64,000 bases of DNA. Origin: Candidatus Uhrbacteria bacterium RIFCSPHIGHO2_02_FULL_46_47. GTDB taxonomy: Bacteria > Patescibacteriota > Patescibacteriia > GWA2-47-26. How positions within the stretch are numbered: position 1 is the stretch's first letter; the number at the start of each line of letters is the position of its first letter. The DNA is taken from NCBI GenBank assembly GCA_001790815.1, contig MGDU01000018.1, positions 788-64,787 on the forward strand, in the 5' to 3' direction. Below are positions 38,926 to 48,307 of the stretch, piece by piece. The position numbers were made by a program, and so were the translations under genes. A model generated the notes under the pieces. It was not told where the DNA came from. It was given only the letters and a program-made list of their open reading frames with translations, and searched no databases.

Positions 38926-40431
38926 TTAAGCATCACCGGCAAGTTTTTTCTTAATCTCGCCGACAATCTTATTGTAATCCACAACCTCTTGTATCCCCGC
39001 TTCCATATCCCGAATAATCGCGGTTTTATCAAGGATTTCTTTTTGCCCAATAATGATGGCGTAACGCACTTGCAGACGATTTGCGATTTCAAGTTGCGCC
39101 TTCAGTCCATCTTTAGAAAGCGAGGCAACAGCAGGTACTTCTTTACGCAACTCATGCCAAAGCAATAAGGCTTTGCGGCGCGCGGCATCTCCAAGCTGGG
39201 CAATAAATATGCGCGGCAGACGCCCGGAAACAGGTGAAAACCCGCGGGAGCGCATATATGAAATAATTCGCTCCAGTCCTAGAGAAAATCCTACCGCAGG
39301 CGTTGACCGTCCGCCCAATTGCTCAATCAGACCGTCATACCTTCCCCCTCCTCCCAGCGCGCTTTGCGCTCCGGAAGACAGAAGATTGAGGACGGGAGAC
39401 GGATTTTCCTCATCCTCATTCAGCTCTGCTTCTTTTTTCTCTCCCCCATGCTCTCCTTCAGTTCTGTCTTCTGTTTTCTGTTTTCCGTCATCTGAGGCAA
39501 CTGGAAATATCTCAAACACCGTGCGATTATAATAATCAAGTCCGCGCACAATATAAGGATTCAAATTGTACGAGACTCCAGCTTCATCAAGATATTCAAG
39601 CACATGCATAAAGTGATCGCGGCAGGCCTCGCAGAGAAAATCAGTAATTTGCGGCGCGCCCTCGCGCAAAAGTTCACACTGCGCTTCTTTGCAATCCAAA
39701 AGTCGAAGCGGATTGATTTGCAGTCGCATCTTGCAGGCATCACATAACAATTCTTGTTTAGGAGTGTAAAATTTTACAAGCTCATTTTTATAAGAGGCGC
39801 GGCACTGGCTGCAGCCGATACTGTTTATTTCCAGTTTCACCGGCAATTCAAGATCGCGAAAAAACGCCAGCGCGATTGAAATCGTTTCCGCGTCTAAAAC
39901 TGGGTGACTGTCGCCAAGCGCCTCAAGCCCCCACTGATGAAATTGTCTGAATCGTCCGGCTTGCGGCCGCTCGCGACGGAAAAACGGTCCAAGATACCAG
40001 AGTTTAACCGGCTGAGGAAGATTGAGCATCCCATGATTTACATAGGCCCGCGCTACTGCGGCAGTGGCTTCTGGCCGCAAGCACAATTCATCTCCTCCTT
40101 GATCCTTAAAACAATACATTTCTTTTTGCACAATATCCGTCACTGTGCCAACAGCGCGCGCAAAAAGCGCTTTATGCTCCAAAATAGGAGTTTCAATAAA
40201 TCCATACCCAAACCCATTTGAAAGCTCCTCGGCTTCTTTTTTTACTGCATGCCACAAATGCTCGTCGGCCGGCAATATATCACGCATGCCGCGGGGCGCT
40301 TGCGGAACCTCCGGAGGCTTGGGTGGAATTGCCGGAGCAAGCGGCAGAACTGCCTGTTTGACCGTCTTCGCGCGCGCGCCCATTTTCTTTGTCTTGATAA
40401 TTTTCTTTTTTGTTATTTTCTTTTTCGGCAT
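38926..40431 (-). CDS. hisS: histidyl-tRNA synthetase with a Lys-rich N-terminal extension and an acidic internal insertion
   Basis: …APRGMRDILP…; class II motifs; C-terminal anticodon-binding domain. Confidence 0.9.
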   Translation of the reverse strand: MPKKKITKKKIIKTKKMGARAKTVKQAVLPLAPAIPPKPPEVPQAPRGMRDILPADEHLWHAVKKEAEELSNGFGYGFIETPILEHKALFARAVGTVTDIVQKEMYCFKDQGGDELCLRPEATAAVARAYVNHGMLNLPQPVKLWYLGPFFRRERPQAGRFRQFHQWGLEALGDSHPVLDAETISIALAFFRDLELPVKLEINSIGCSQCRASYKNELVKFYTPKQELLCDACKMRLQINPLRLLDCKEAQCELLREGAPQITDFLCEACRDHFMHVLEYLDEAGVSYNLNPYIVRGLDYYNRTVFEIFPVASDDGKQKTEDRTEGEHGGEKKEAELNEDEENPSPVLNLLSSGAQSALGGGGRYDGLIEQLGGRSTPAVGFSLGLERIISYMRSRGFSPVSGRLPRIFIAQLGDAARRKALLLWHELRKEVPAVASLSKDGLKAQLEIANRLQVRYAIIIGQKEILDKTAIIRDMEAGIQEVVDYNKIVGEIKKKLAGDA

Positions 40432-40465
40432 ACTCGATTCTCATTCATAATTCATAATTCTTAAT

Positions 40466-41101
40466 TCATAATTCGCCCGTATTAATCTCATAGTTCGGTG
40501 TTAAAAATCTTGTAACGCGATCAAGCGGCCAGCCGCGAATCCAGGCACGGCCAACGATGTAGTCGCGCAATACTGGTCCGAATACTCGAGAATCAAGCGA
40601 AGAGGTGCGATTGTCTCCTATCACAAAATATTCTTCTGCTCCAAGACTGACTTCTTTGTCTCCAATCGTCACAGCTGACCGGCTCAAATATGGCTCTTCA
40701 AGGGTGGCCCATGTTTTGGAATCCTTGGACTTTATCAGCACACGGCTGCTTTGAATGCGCAATGTCTCACCGGGCAAACCAATCACGCGCTTAATAAAAA
40801 ATTGCGATGGATCGTTTGGATATCTAAATACTACAATCTCGCCGCGCTTAGGATCGCGAAATCTGAAACTTGCCTCATCAATAATCAAATATTCATGATC
40901 ATAGAAATTTGGTTCCATGGATGCGCCTTTCACATAAAAAGGCTGCACCAAAAAATAGCGAATCGGGAGAATGATTGCCAGTGAAATAACAATCACGCGT
41001 ATGAGTTCTCCGACGTAGGCTAGCCCATCCCGCAGCAATTTGCGCAATCCTTGAATATCTTGAATATTTTGTGATGGCATAAATAAAAATTCTATCCACA
41101 T
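40466..41101 (-). CDS. lepB: signal peptidase I
   Basis: GASMEPNF…, VIGLPGETL S26 motifs. Confidence 0.9.
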   Translation of the reverse strand: MWIEFLFMPSQNIQDIQGLRKLLRDGLAYVGELIRVIVISLAIILPIRYFLVQPFYVKGASMEPNFYDHEYLIIDEASFRFRDPKRGEIVVFRYPNDPSQFFIKRVIGLPGETLRIQSSRVLIKSKDSKTWATLEEPYLSRSAVTIGDKEVSLGAEEYFVIGDNRTSSLDSRVFGPVLRDYIVGRAWIRGWPLDRVTRFLTPNYEINTGEL

Positions 41102-41159
41102 TCTAACATATAATCAAGATCCTTGCAACTCAAATCAAAAGATGATAGTATAAGAAACG

Positions 41160-41260
41160 TTTCGGACGATTAGCCCGCCTAAATTTTGGGCGATTAGCCC
41201 CGACGCGCTTCGCGGTCGGGGAGCCGACCGAAGCGTCGGCTCTCAGTGTATCTAAAATGC
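41160..41260. repeat. two partial copies of the tRNA-Val 5' end ('ggacgattagc', three occurrences in total) plus a 44-nt GC palindrome (ccccgacgcgcttcgcggtcggggagccgaccgaagcgtcgg) upstream of tRNA-Val
   Basis: Read directly. Confidence 0.6.
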
Positions 41261-41337
41261 GGACGATTAGCTCAGCTGGTTAGAGCGTACGGTTCACATC
41301 CGTAAGGTCGGAGGTTCGAGTCCTCCATCGTCCACCA
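41261..41337 (+). tRNA. tRNA-Val (anticodon CAC) with encoded CCA
   Basis: GGACGATTAGCTCAGCTGGTTAGAGCGTACGGTTCACATCCGTAAGGTCGGAGGTTCGAGTCCTCCATCGTCCACCA folds as a canonical cloverleaf. Confidence 0.9.
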
Positions 41338-41348
41338 GCTTTCATAAT

Positions 41349-42797
41349 ATGGATCAACTCTCATCCAATTTTTTAAAAGAATCCTCACCAGAACCGAAAG
41401 AAAATCGGCGTGTAATTTTTCTTCTCCTTGGAGCACTGATTTTTCTTATCGTCAGTGCCTCAATTGGAGGAATGCTTTTTGCGTCCTCAGCGGGTTTTAC
41501 TCCTGCAAAGATTTTTGCGAAATTGCGTTCACTTACTCTTTCAAAAGAGAAAATGCTCAAAGGTGAAAAAGACGATCGGGTAAATATCCTCCTTCTGGGC
41601 ATGGGAGGAGTTGGTCATGATGGAGCACTCCTGACTGATACAATGATCTTTACAAGCCTGCGGCCATCTGATGGCACCGTCGCCATGCTTTCTATTCCAC
41701 GGGATCTGCAGGTTGAAATTCCCAGTTATGGATATCGCAGGATAAACAGCGTTAACTCCTATGCGGAACTTGAAAATAGTGGAAGCGGCGGGATGGCAAC
41801 GGCAAATCTTGTATCTAATATCTTAACTCAACCAATTCATTATTATTTGCGCGTTGATTTTGAAGCATTCAAAGAAATTGTTGATACCATTGATGGAATC
41901 GAGGTGAATGTAGGGCGCGCGTTCTATGATCCATTCTATCCTGACGAAAACTTCGGTTATGAACCCGTCTCCTTTGAAGCCGGGCCTCAAACTATGAACG
42001 GTAAACGCGCGCTCCAATTTGTACGCAGCCGCCATGGCACAAACGGAGAGGGCAACGATTTTGCACGCGCGCGACGTCAACAGCAAGTCCTTTTTGCGCT
42101 AAAAGAACGACTGCTCTCTTTTGACGTATTGCTTCGTCCAAAACGAATTCAGAGCATTCTTGAGTCTTTGCAAGATCATATCCAAACCGATATCGCGTTT
42201 TGGGAAGGAATGCGGCTTGCAAAACTTCTGCGCCATATTGATGGAAGCAAAATTGTAAGCCGCGTTCTTGACGCATCTGATGAAGGAGTACTTCAAGAGC
42301 GAAACTACAACGGCGCGTTTGTATTGGAGCCAAAAGGCGGAAATTGGGATGAAATTCGCGCGATTGCCGCGAATGTATTTTCACCCGCAACCCCCTCACC
42401 CCAACCCTCTCCCCAAGGGGGCGAGGGGGTGACGCTAAAATCCCCTCTCCCTAAGGGAGAGGGTGCTCCGACCGCGGTCGGAGCAGGTGAGGGAACACAA
42501 AAAGCATCCGCGCCTATTGTGGAAATCCAAAACGGCACTTTTACGCTTGGGCTTGCCTCAAAAATCGCGACTATTCTTGAGGCGCAAGGATTTAATCCGG
42601 CTAGCATCGGCAATGCGACACTGCGCGATGTGGATGAGACCATTGTCTATGACCTAACTGGCGGACAAAAGAAAGAAGAATTTGCAAAACTGCGGGAAAT
42701 TCTCAAAGCGCGCGATGGCGAAGGCGAGCCACTTCATCTTTTAAGTCAGGGTAAACTGGATTTCCTCGTCATCTTAGGGGCAAATTCAGTTAAGTGA
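41349..42797 (+). CDS. LytR-CpsA-Psr (LCP) family cell-wall glycopolymer transferase with an in-frame GEGEG insertion
   Basis: …NILLLGMGG.GHDGALLTDTMIFTSL…MLSIPRDL…. Confidence 0.85.
   Translation: MDQLSSNFLKESSPEPKENRRVIFLLLGALIFLIVSASIGGMLFASSAGFTPAKIFAKLRSLTLSKEKMLKGEKDDRVNILLLGMGGVGHDGALLTDTMIFTSLRPSDGTVAMLSIPRDLQVEIPSYGYRRINSVNSYAELENSGSGGMATANLVSNILTQPIHYYLRVDFEAFKEIVDTIDGIEVNVGRAFYDPFYPDENFGYEPVSFEAGPQTMNGKRALQFVRSRHGTNGEGNDFARARRQQQVLFALKERLLSFDVLLRPKRIQSILESLQDHIQTDIAFWEGMRLAKLLRHIDGSKIVSRVLDASDEGVLQERNYNGAFVLEPKGGNWDEIRAIAANVFSPATPSPQPSPQGGEGVTLKSPLPKGEGAPTAVGAGEGTQKASAPIVEIQNGTFTLGLASKIATILEAQGFNPASIGNATLRDVDETIVYDLTGGQKKEEFAKLREILKARDGEGEPLHLLSQGKLDFLVILGANSVK
42390..42492. repeat. 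composite GEGEG element inside the LCP gene (encodes …PSPQPSPQGGEGVTLKSPLPKGEGAPTAVGAGEG…)
   Basis: Read directly. Confidence 0.8.
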
Positions 42798-42892
42798 GTG
42801 ATGGGTTATTGAGTTATGAGGCAAGAATTAAGAGTTGATGGATTAAGGGTTAATTGCAATACTCATAACACATAACTTAATAACATAATAAC
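42797..42892. repeat. intergenic 'gttatgagt'-family hairpin between LCP and der
   Basis: gggttattgagttatgag … actcataacacataacttaataac. Confidence 0.6.
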
Positions 42893-42893
42893 T

Positions 42894-44345
42894 ATGTCCA
42901 CCCTCCCAACAATAGTCATCATCGGCCGACGCAATGTTGGCAAATCCGCCCTGTTTAATCGCTTGATTGAGGAACAAAAAGCGATTGTTTCTGAAATTCC
43001 CGGAACCACCCGCGATCGCACTGAAGGAATTTGCCGCTGGCGCGGAGTTGATCTGCGCATTGTAGATACTGGCGGGCTGGATGTTGGCGAGGAAAATACT
43101 ATTGATCGCGAAGTGCGCAAGCAAGCAAAGTTCGCTATTAAGCAAGCAGATCTTATTTTATTTATGGTGGACGCGCGAGTGGGTGTTTTGCCTGCCGAGC
43201 AAAAGTTAGCCAGGGAATTGAAGCTGAGCTTTGAGCGTGAAAAAGCTCAGCTTCGGATTCCATCTGTTCTCCTTGTTGCCAACAAAGCTGAAACGCCAAA
43301 GTTGCGCGAGGCCGCGCAAGATCCTACATGGAAACGACTGCGTCTGGGCACGCCATTTCCCATTTCCGCCATTACCGGCCAAGGCGTTGGTGATTTGCTA
43401 GATGAAATCTTCAAAACACTGAAGCTGAGCTTTGAGCGTGAAAAAGCTCAGCTTCGAACAACAAAACCTGACCTTCGCGTCGCGATCATTGGCAAACCAA
43501 ATGTTGGCAAATCTTCTTTGCTTAATAAAATTCTAGGTGAAGAGCGCGTTATTGTTTCTCCTATCCCCCACACTACTCGCGAACCGCAAGACACACTATT
43601 CACTTATTCTTTAAGTGGAATTGAGAAGAATATTCTCCTTGTTGACACTGCCGGCATTCGCAAAAAAGCCAGAAGAAAACCCGGACTTGAGCAAATGGGC
43701 GTTTACAAAACCTTAGCCGCAATCGGCCGCTCTGATGTGGTAATTTTTGTGCTGGACGCCAATGAACTTTTGGATAGCCAAGATAAACAACTGGCCGATA
43801 TGATTGAGGAAAAAGGGGTGGGGGTTGTGATTGCAGTTAATAAATGGGACTTGCTAGGCCAAGAACCTGTAGCCGCAGGTCTTCAGCCTGCGCGCAACCT
43901 AAAGGTTGCGACTACCATATCCAAGCGCACCACCCACGAAGGCGACCTCTTAATGAAAACCATTCACTTTGGCCTTCCCGGACTTACCTTCGCGCCGGTG
44001 GTCTTTATCTCGGCAAACACCGGGCACGGCGTGCAAAAACTTTTGCCTCTGGCTCTTGAAGCCCATGAAAATCGCAAACGCGTCATCCCCGATGAAGAAC
44101 TGGAACGCATTTTGCCAAAACTTATTTTGCGCCATCGTCCGGCGCGCTCCAAAGCCGGCAGCCGCCATCCCATTATCCGCGCGATTGTTCAAACCGGAAC
44201 CGAACCGCCAACCTTTGTCATTATCATTGGCCCAAAACAATCTTTGCACGAAACTTATTTGCGTTATCTTGAAAACCGCCTGCGCGAATTTTTTGACTTC
44301 GAAGGCACGCCGATAAAGATTTGGGTAAAACAGGAGCGAGGGTAG
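42894..44345 (+). CDS. der: ribosome-biogenesis GTPase Der/EngA (tandem GTPase domains plus KH-like) with two in-frame palindromic insertions
   Basis: Two G1-G4 motif sets (GRRNVGKSALFN…, GKPNVGKSSLLN…). Confidence 0.95.
   Translation: MSTLPTIVIIGRRNVGKSALFNRLIEEQKAIVSEIPGTTRDRTEGICRWRGVDLRIVDTGGLDVGEENTIDREVRKQAKFAIKQADLILFMVDARVGVLPAEQKLARELKLSFEREKAQLRIPSVLLVANKAETPKLREAAQDPTWKRLRLGTPFPISAITGQGVGDLLDEIFKTLKLSFEREKAQLRTTKPDLRVAIIGKPNVGKSSLLNKILGEERVIVSPIPHTTREPQDTLFTYSLSGIEKNILLVDTAGIRKKARRKPGLEQMGVYKTLAAIGRSDVVIFVLDANELLDSQDKQLADMIEEKGVGVVIAVNKWDLLGQEPVAAGLQPARNLKVATTISKRTTHEGDLLMKTIHFGLPGLTFAPVVFISANTGHGVQKLLPLALEAHENRKRVIPDEELERILPKLILRHRPARSKAGSRHPIIRAIVQTGTEPPTFVIIIGPKQSLHETYLRYLENRLREFFDFEGTPIKIWVKQERG
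43221..43255. repeat. palindromic element gaagctgagctt-tgagcgtgaaaa-agctcagcttc in der, copy 1 (encodes LKLSFEREKAQLR)
   Basis: Read directly. Confidence 0.8.
43421..43455. repeat. identical palindromic element in der, copy 2 (encodes LKLSFEREKAQLR again)
   Basis: Read directly. Confidence 0.8.
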
Positions 44346-44375
44346 TATGTAGTAAGTAGTGGGGTAGTATGTAGC

Positions 44376-44490
44376 CGCCGGTCTTTAGCCGGCGTCTCCC
44401 TCTCTTAAGTCCGACGCTTCAGTCGGACTCCGACCCCACAGGGCGTCGGAGATAAGAGAGGGTGGGGTGAGTTATGACAAACTCGTAGCG
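44376..44490. repeat. cluster of nested palindromes downstream of der. It contains hairpin cgccggtctttagccggcg and a 'ccctctcttaag…gataagagagggtggggtgagttatga' element with another palindrome nested inside it
   Basis: Read directly; the same element without the nested insert sits at 47606..47650. Confidence 0.65.
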
Positions 44491-44726
44491 CGACACTTTA
44501 CCTGCCTGCCGGCCCGCTTCGCCGGAGCGTCAGCGAGGCGAGCAGGCAGGTGTGCCGTTTTTTTCATTTTTCCTTTGTTGTCAGTTTAGCGCGATCGTGA
44601 TAAACTGACAACACATTGAATTACACTTTTCTTGATTAAAAAACACGGCGCCCCCTTTCGACAGGCGCCGTTTGTTCTCTCCTTTTTGTTGTCATTCCCG
44701 CGAAAGCGGAAATCCACGCATTTGGC

Positions 44727-45473
44727 CTACTTGGCTTTGTAGTCCGGCAACTCCAGCGGCGCGACAAGCATGCGCCATCCCGGCATACTACTCAGCTCGG
44801 GCCAGGCCGCAAACACACGCCGCGACCCGTCATCCTTGATCAGGGACAAGACGAAGCGCCCGCCTCCTCCGTGTCCTTCTTTGTGTGGATGGTTAAAAGA
44901 AGTGCCATCCGCAGAGATGGAGAACAGCAATGGCATCTCCCGTGTCGCCTTTTCAAACCCATTAAAGTCCTCCGCGCTTGCGCAACGCCGACCGGCTTTG
45001 TACAACGCCGCCTCCTGGTCCCTACCCTGACGCGTTGTCGATCCGAAATTCACTACCTCGAGCGGAACGACATGCGTACCTACGGGAATTCGCAAATAAT
45101 GATCCTTACGTTCGATACCAACCTCGGTGTTAACTAGTACCTGAGGCAGTTCGTACTTCTGATCGTAGTTCACGAGTACCGGGATGATCATCTCCACCGT
45201 GAAGGGCAACTGCGGCACAGGCCGATGGTTGATCAAGTCGATGATCGCCTGCACCATTGTGTCATCGGCACAATTGTTCTGCAGCGCGCTTGAGATGTTT
45301 GCCAGCGCTTCGCTGTATCTATCAAAACCGTGCAGGGCTAGTCCCCTTTCCCATCCACCTGCCCTCATTCTCTGCATGAGCCACTCCACCTGCCCTAGTA
45401 CTGCTTTGAAGTTGTCCTCCTGCTTCCTTACCCTTTCGCCCTTCGGGCCACTGTCGTCATCAGCATTTGACAT
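44727..45473 (-). CDS. hypothetical protein (248 aa from MSNADDDSGPKG…) on a GC-rich island; strong SD GGAGGAGG
   Basis: Long ORF plus SD plus ATG; GC about 58%. Confidence 0.5.
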   Translation of the reverse strand: MSNADDDSGPKGERVRKQEDNFKAVLGQVEWLMQRMRAGGWERGLALHGFDRYSEALANISSALQNNCADDTMVQAIIDLINHRPVPQLPFTVEMIIPVLVNYDQKYELPQVLVNTEVGIERKDHYLRIPVGTHVVPLEVVNFGSTTRQGRDQEAALYKAGRRCASAEDFNGFEKATREMPLLFSISADGTSFNHPHKEGHGGGGRFVLSLIKDDGSRRVFAAWPELSSMPGWRMLVAPLELPDYKAK

Positions 45474-45727
45474 GATCTTCCTCCTCCCATGCGGGCAGTG
45501 GCGGTACCACGGCGGCTTGAAACTATGCCGCCCCAATACCGGTAAACCCGCACACGAGTTTTCAATGTGCCGCGCAGATGATGGCGGATTGCCTTCACCC
45601 GAGCACATCTTTACCCTACTGCCTGTTTTACACAATGTCAATGGTACGCCAGTCGGTCTTTAGCCGGAGATTATTTTATGATACAATCCTTTACCCGGAG
45701 GGTCGGGTCGTTGTGTCCGGTGACCAA

Positions 45728-45850
45728 GGATAGCTATCACCTATCCTAGAGGGGTCCGACTCCCCTACGATCCACCTCCGGTTATGTGGATAAACCAATC
45801 TTGACAATTCTTATTTAATTTGTTACCTTATAATCAGGTGATAGCTATCC
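45728..45850. promoter_or_regulatory. 14-bp inverted repeats GGATAGCTATCACC (45728..45741) / GGTGATAGCTATCC (45837..45850) bracketing a TTGACA…TATAAT promoter-like region
   Basis: Read directly; the -35/-10 spacer is 22 nt, which is suboptimal. Confidence 0.35.
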
Positions 45851-45873
45851 AAAGTCACTGGGATCTCGGATCC

Positions 45874-45905
45874 CAAACAGGAGCCCTTCCGGGCTTCTTT
45901 GTTTA
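45874..45905 (+). terminator. hairpin agccc-ttcc-gggct followed by a tctttgtttatatttt U-tract
   Basis: Read directly. Confidence 0.45.
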
Positions 45906-45921
45906 TATTTTGAAAATTAAA

Positions 45922-45950
45922 AGAGCCCCGCCAGCTGTGAAAGCCGGCGG
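45922..45950 (-). terminator. terminator for the coiled-coil gene (ccccgccggctttcacagctggcgggg followed by ctcttttaatttt on the minus strand)
   Basis: Read directly. Confidence 0.5.
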
Positions 45951-45964
45951 GGCAGGTACATCTC

Positions 45965-46772
45965 TTGATCAGGTCCAGCGGAGCGCCTGGACCTCGCGGC
46001 GCCACGTGCGCCGCTTGTCGCGGTCGATCGTCTTGCCGCGGCGTAGCCACGAGTAGGTGCCGTAGGTTCTGTGGAGGCGCTTGTCCTCGCGCAGCTTCAC
46101 GCCGCCGCGCTCGGAGACCGTGTCGGCCCAGTCCGCGTACTCCTCCAGCAGGTCTTCGAAGCGCCGCTCCTCACGCGCGTACATGCACACGCGGCTCTGG
46201 AGCACGAGGAAGTCCGCCTGCGGCAGCATCCCGAGCTCCACGAGCTCGTTCGCCTCCGCCACGAGCCCCTCGTCCGCCTCGCGCTTGCTGCTCTTGAGGA
46301 AGACGCGCACGTCCTCCAGCGCGCCGACCATCCTCTGCTTGTAGAACTTCCGCTCCTGCACCCTGCGCTCGTGCTCCTCCTGCGCCTGCCGCTGCAGTTC
46401 GGCCTTGGCCTCCTTGCGGAGAACCTCAGCCTGCTCGATCCAGTGCGTGAGCTCTTCCACGCTCTGGGGCAGACGCGCATCGCCTGCCTTGATGAGGAGC
46501 TTGCCGACCTGGCGCAGGCCACAGTCGTACCCCGCACCGTAGTAGCGGTCCTGCCCGGCGAGACGGCGCAGCTCCTGCTGGAGCTTGCTGGCCATGGCTT
46601 GCAGCCGCTGCCTCTCCGCCTCGCCCGAGCGCTCACGCTCGAGCTGCTCCTCCTTGTGCCGGCGCGCTTCTTCAGCGTGCCGGTCGCGCATGGTGTAGGT
46701 GGCCGGACGGAAGTTGCGGCCCTGGTACCACGCGCGCGGAACCACGACCTCGATCTTATTCGTAGTCATCAT
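45965..46772 (-). CDS. hypothetical E/R/K-rich coiled-coil protein (about 65% GC) with a strong SD (aaggaggg) before MMTTNK…
   Basis: SD plus ATG. The plus-strand Leu/Arg-rich overlapping ORFs are antisense artefacts. Confidence 0.5.
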
Positions 46773-46977
46773 CGGACCCTCCTTGGGGTTGCGGTTGTGC
46801 CGCACCCTTGGAAGGTTCCCGCTGATGCTACTTCACCTCATGCGAGTGCGACGGTTTCTTCGCAAATAAACCGTCACTTCTGACTCTTCATGTTGTCCCT
46901 CCTTTCTTAGGACTAATGTGGATAGTAACACAAAATCGACGCTTTGTCAATAGTTTGGTAAAATACTCAATATCACA

Positions 46978-47012
46978 TTCGCAATTTGTAGATTGGCATT
47001 AAATTCGTAGAT
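46978..47012. repeat. tandem 17-nt direct repeat (ttgtagattggcatt / ttcgtagattggcatc) immediately upstream of the pth start
   Basis: Read directly. Confidence 0.55.
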
Positions 47013-47025
47013 TGGCATCATATTT

Positions 47026-47616
47026 ATGAAACTCATCATCGGCCTGGGCAACCCGGGAAAAGAATATGAAAAAACCCGACATAATGTTGGGTTTCTTGCG
47101 GTTGAAAAAATCGCGCAGGATTTACAATTTTCTAAATGGAAAATGGAGAAAAAATTGGAAGCCGAGGTGTGCCGCGGTTTTATTGCATCTTGCTGTGAAG
47201 ATGTAATCCTTGCCAAACCCCAAACCTTCATGAACCTCTCCGGCCGCGCAGTCCAACTACTTACTACGTACTACAAACTACATACGAATGACGTGCTCAT
47301 CGTCCACGACGATTTGGATTTAGAGCTTGGCACGCTTAAACTATCCTACGGTTCAGGTAGCGCAGGACATAACGGTGTGCAATCAATTATTGATACGCTA
47401 GGCACTAAAGATTTCTGGCGCCTGCGCATGGGCATTGGCCGCCCACCACAAGTTCGGGAGGGTTATGATGACGCGGCAAAATTTGTCCTGCACAATTTCT
47501 CCCGCACCGAAAACCCCAAACTCAAAAAATCCCTTGACCTTGCCGCGCAAGCCGTTCAAAAAATGTTTACCCTCGGCCCGGCCAAAGCCCAGACGGAAAT
47601 TAATTCCCTCTCTTAA
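47026..47616 (+). CDS. pth: peptidyl-tRNA hydrolase
   Basis: MKLIIGLGNPGKEYEKTRHNVGF…. Confidence 0.95.
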   Translation: MKLIIGLGNPGKEYEKTRHNVGFLAVEKIAQDLQFSKWKMEKKLEAEVCRGFIASCCEDVILAKPQTFMNLSGRAVQLLTTYYKLHTNDVLIVHDDLDLELGTLKLSYGSGSAGHNGVQSIIDTLGTKDFWRLRMGIGRPPQVREGYDDAAKFVLHNFSRTENPKLKKSLDLAAQAVQKMFTLGPAKAQTEINSLS

Positions 47617-47700
47617 GATAAGAGAGGGCGGGGTGAGTTATGAACGGTTCATAACCCCTCCTCCCTCCCCTTATCTTAAGGGGAGGAAATTGTGCTATAA
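47606..47700. repeat. three consecutive palindromes downstream of pth: ccctctcttaagataagagaggg, gggtgagttatgaacggttcataacccc, and ccccttatcttaagggg
   Basis: Read directly; related to the element at 44396..44490. Confidence 0.7.
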
Positions 47701-47925
47701 TGAATATTTCTTGACGAGCCTGGTCCCTGCATTTGCAGGATCTATCAAAAATCCGCCTCGCGGGGGCGGATTTTTGTTTGAAATTACATACTAACCAAAC
47801 GGCTCAATATTTTGCGATCGCAAATAGTTGAGTCGTGGGGATTTAGGTTTTATAAAATAAAAAAAGAGCGGCGCCAGGGGGTTTCCAGCGCCGGCCCCGC
47901 ACCATGATGCGGGGACTTTTGTACA

Positions 47926-48143
47926 TCAGTTGGAGGGTTTGTCGCCCTCCGTCTCCGTCCCCTGCTCCGAGGGGTCGCCGTCCGCCTCGGCCTCTGCCAC
48001 ATCGTGCTCCTCGAGCACTCTGTGTAGGAGCCACGCGGCCTGCCGATCGGCCTCCCGCGCCTCTTCGATCTGCCTCGGGTTGAGGCCGCGAGCCTGAGAG
48101 CGTCGGATCTTGTCCTTGGAAAAGGTTCTGCGTCCCATTTGGA
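47926..48143 (-). CDS. small hypothetical protein (72 aa, MGRRTFSKDKIRRSQARGLNPRQIEEAREADRQAAWLL…) with a perfect SD AAAGGAGGTGATCC; GC-rich
   Basis: SD is complementary to the canonical anti-SD; internal Met of the listed ORF. Confidence 0.45.
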
Positions 48144-48307
48144 TCACCTCCTTTCGTGGTGGATTCTTCCTTGCCGACCACGCAGGAAAGTTGACCCAAA
48201 GCAGGGATGGAGACATTTTGTTTGTACCATGTTTTTGGCAATTTGTCAAGGGGTGGGGTATAATGGCCCAAAGTTGCGCAAGGCGATAATTTATTTTGCG
48301 TAGCGCG

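Noticed and set aside
46071-46883. Plus-strand 270-aa ORF and minus-strand 179-aa Arg-rich ORF overlapping the coiled-coil gene
   Set aside because: Leu/Arg/Ala-rich low-complexity translations are the signature of antisense or frame-shifted reading of an E/K/R-rich gene. Only the 45965..46772 frame has an SD plus ATG.
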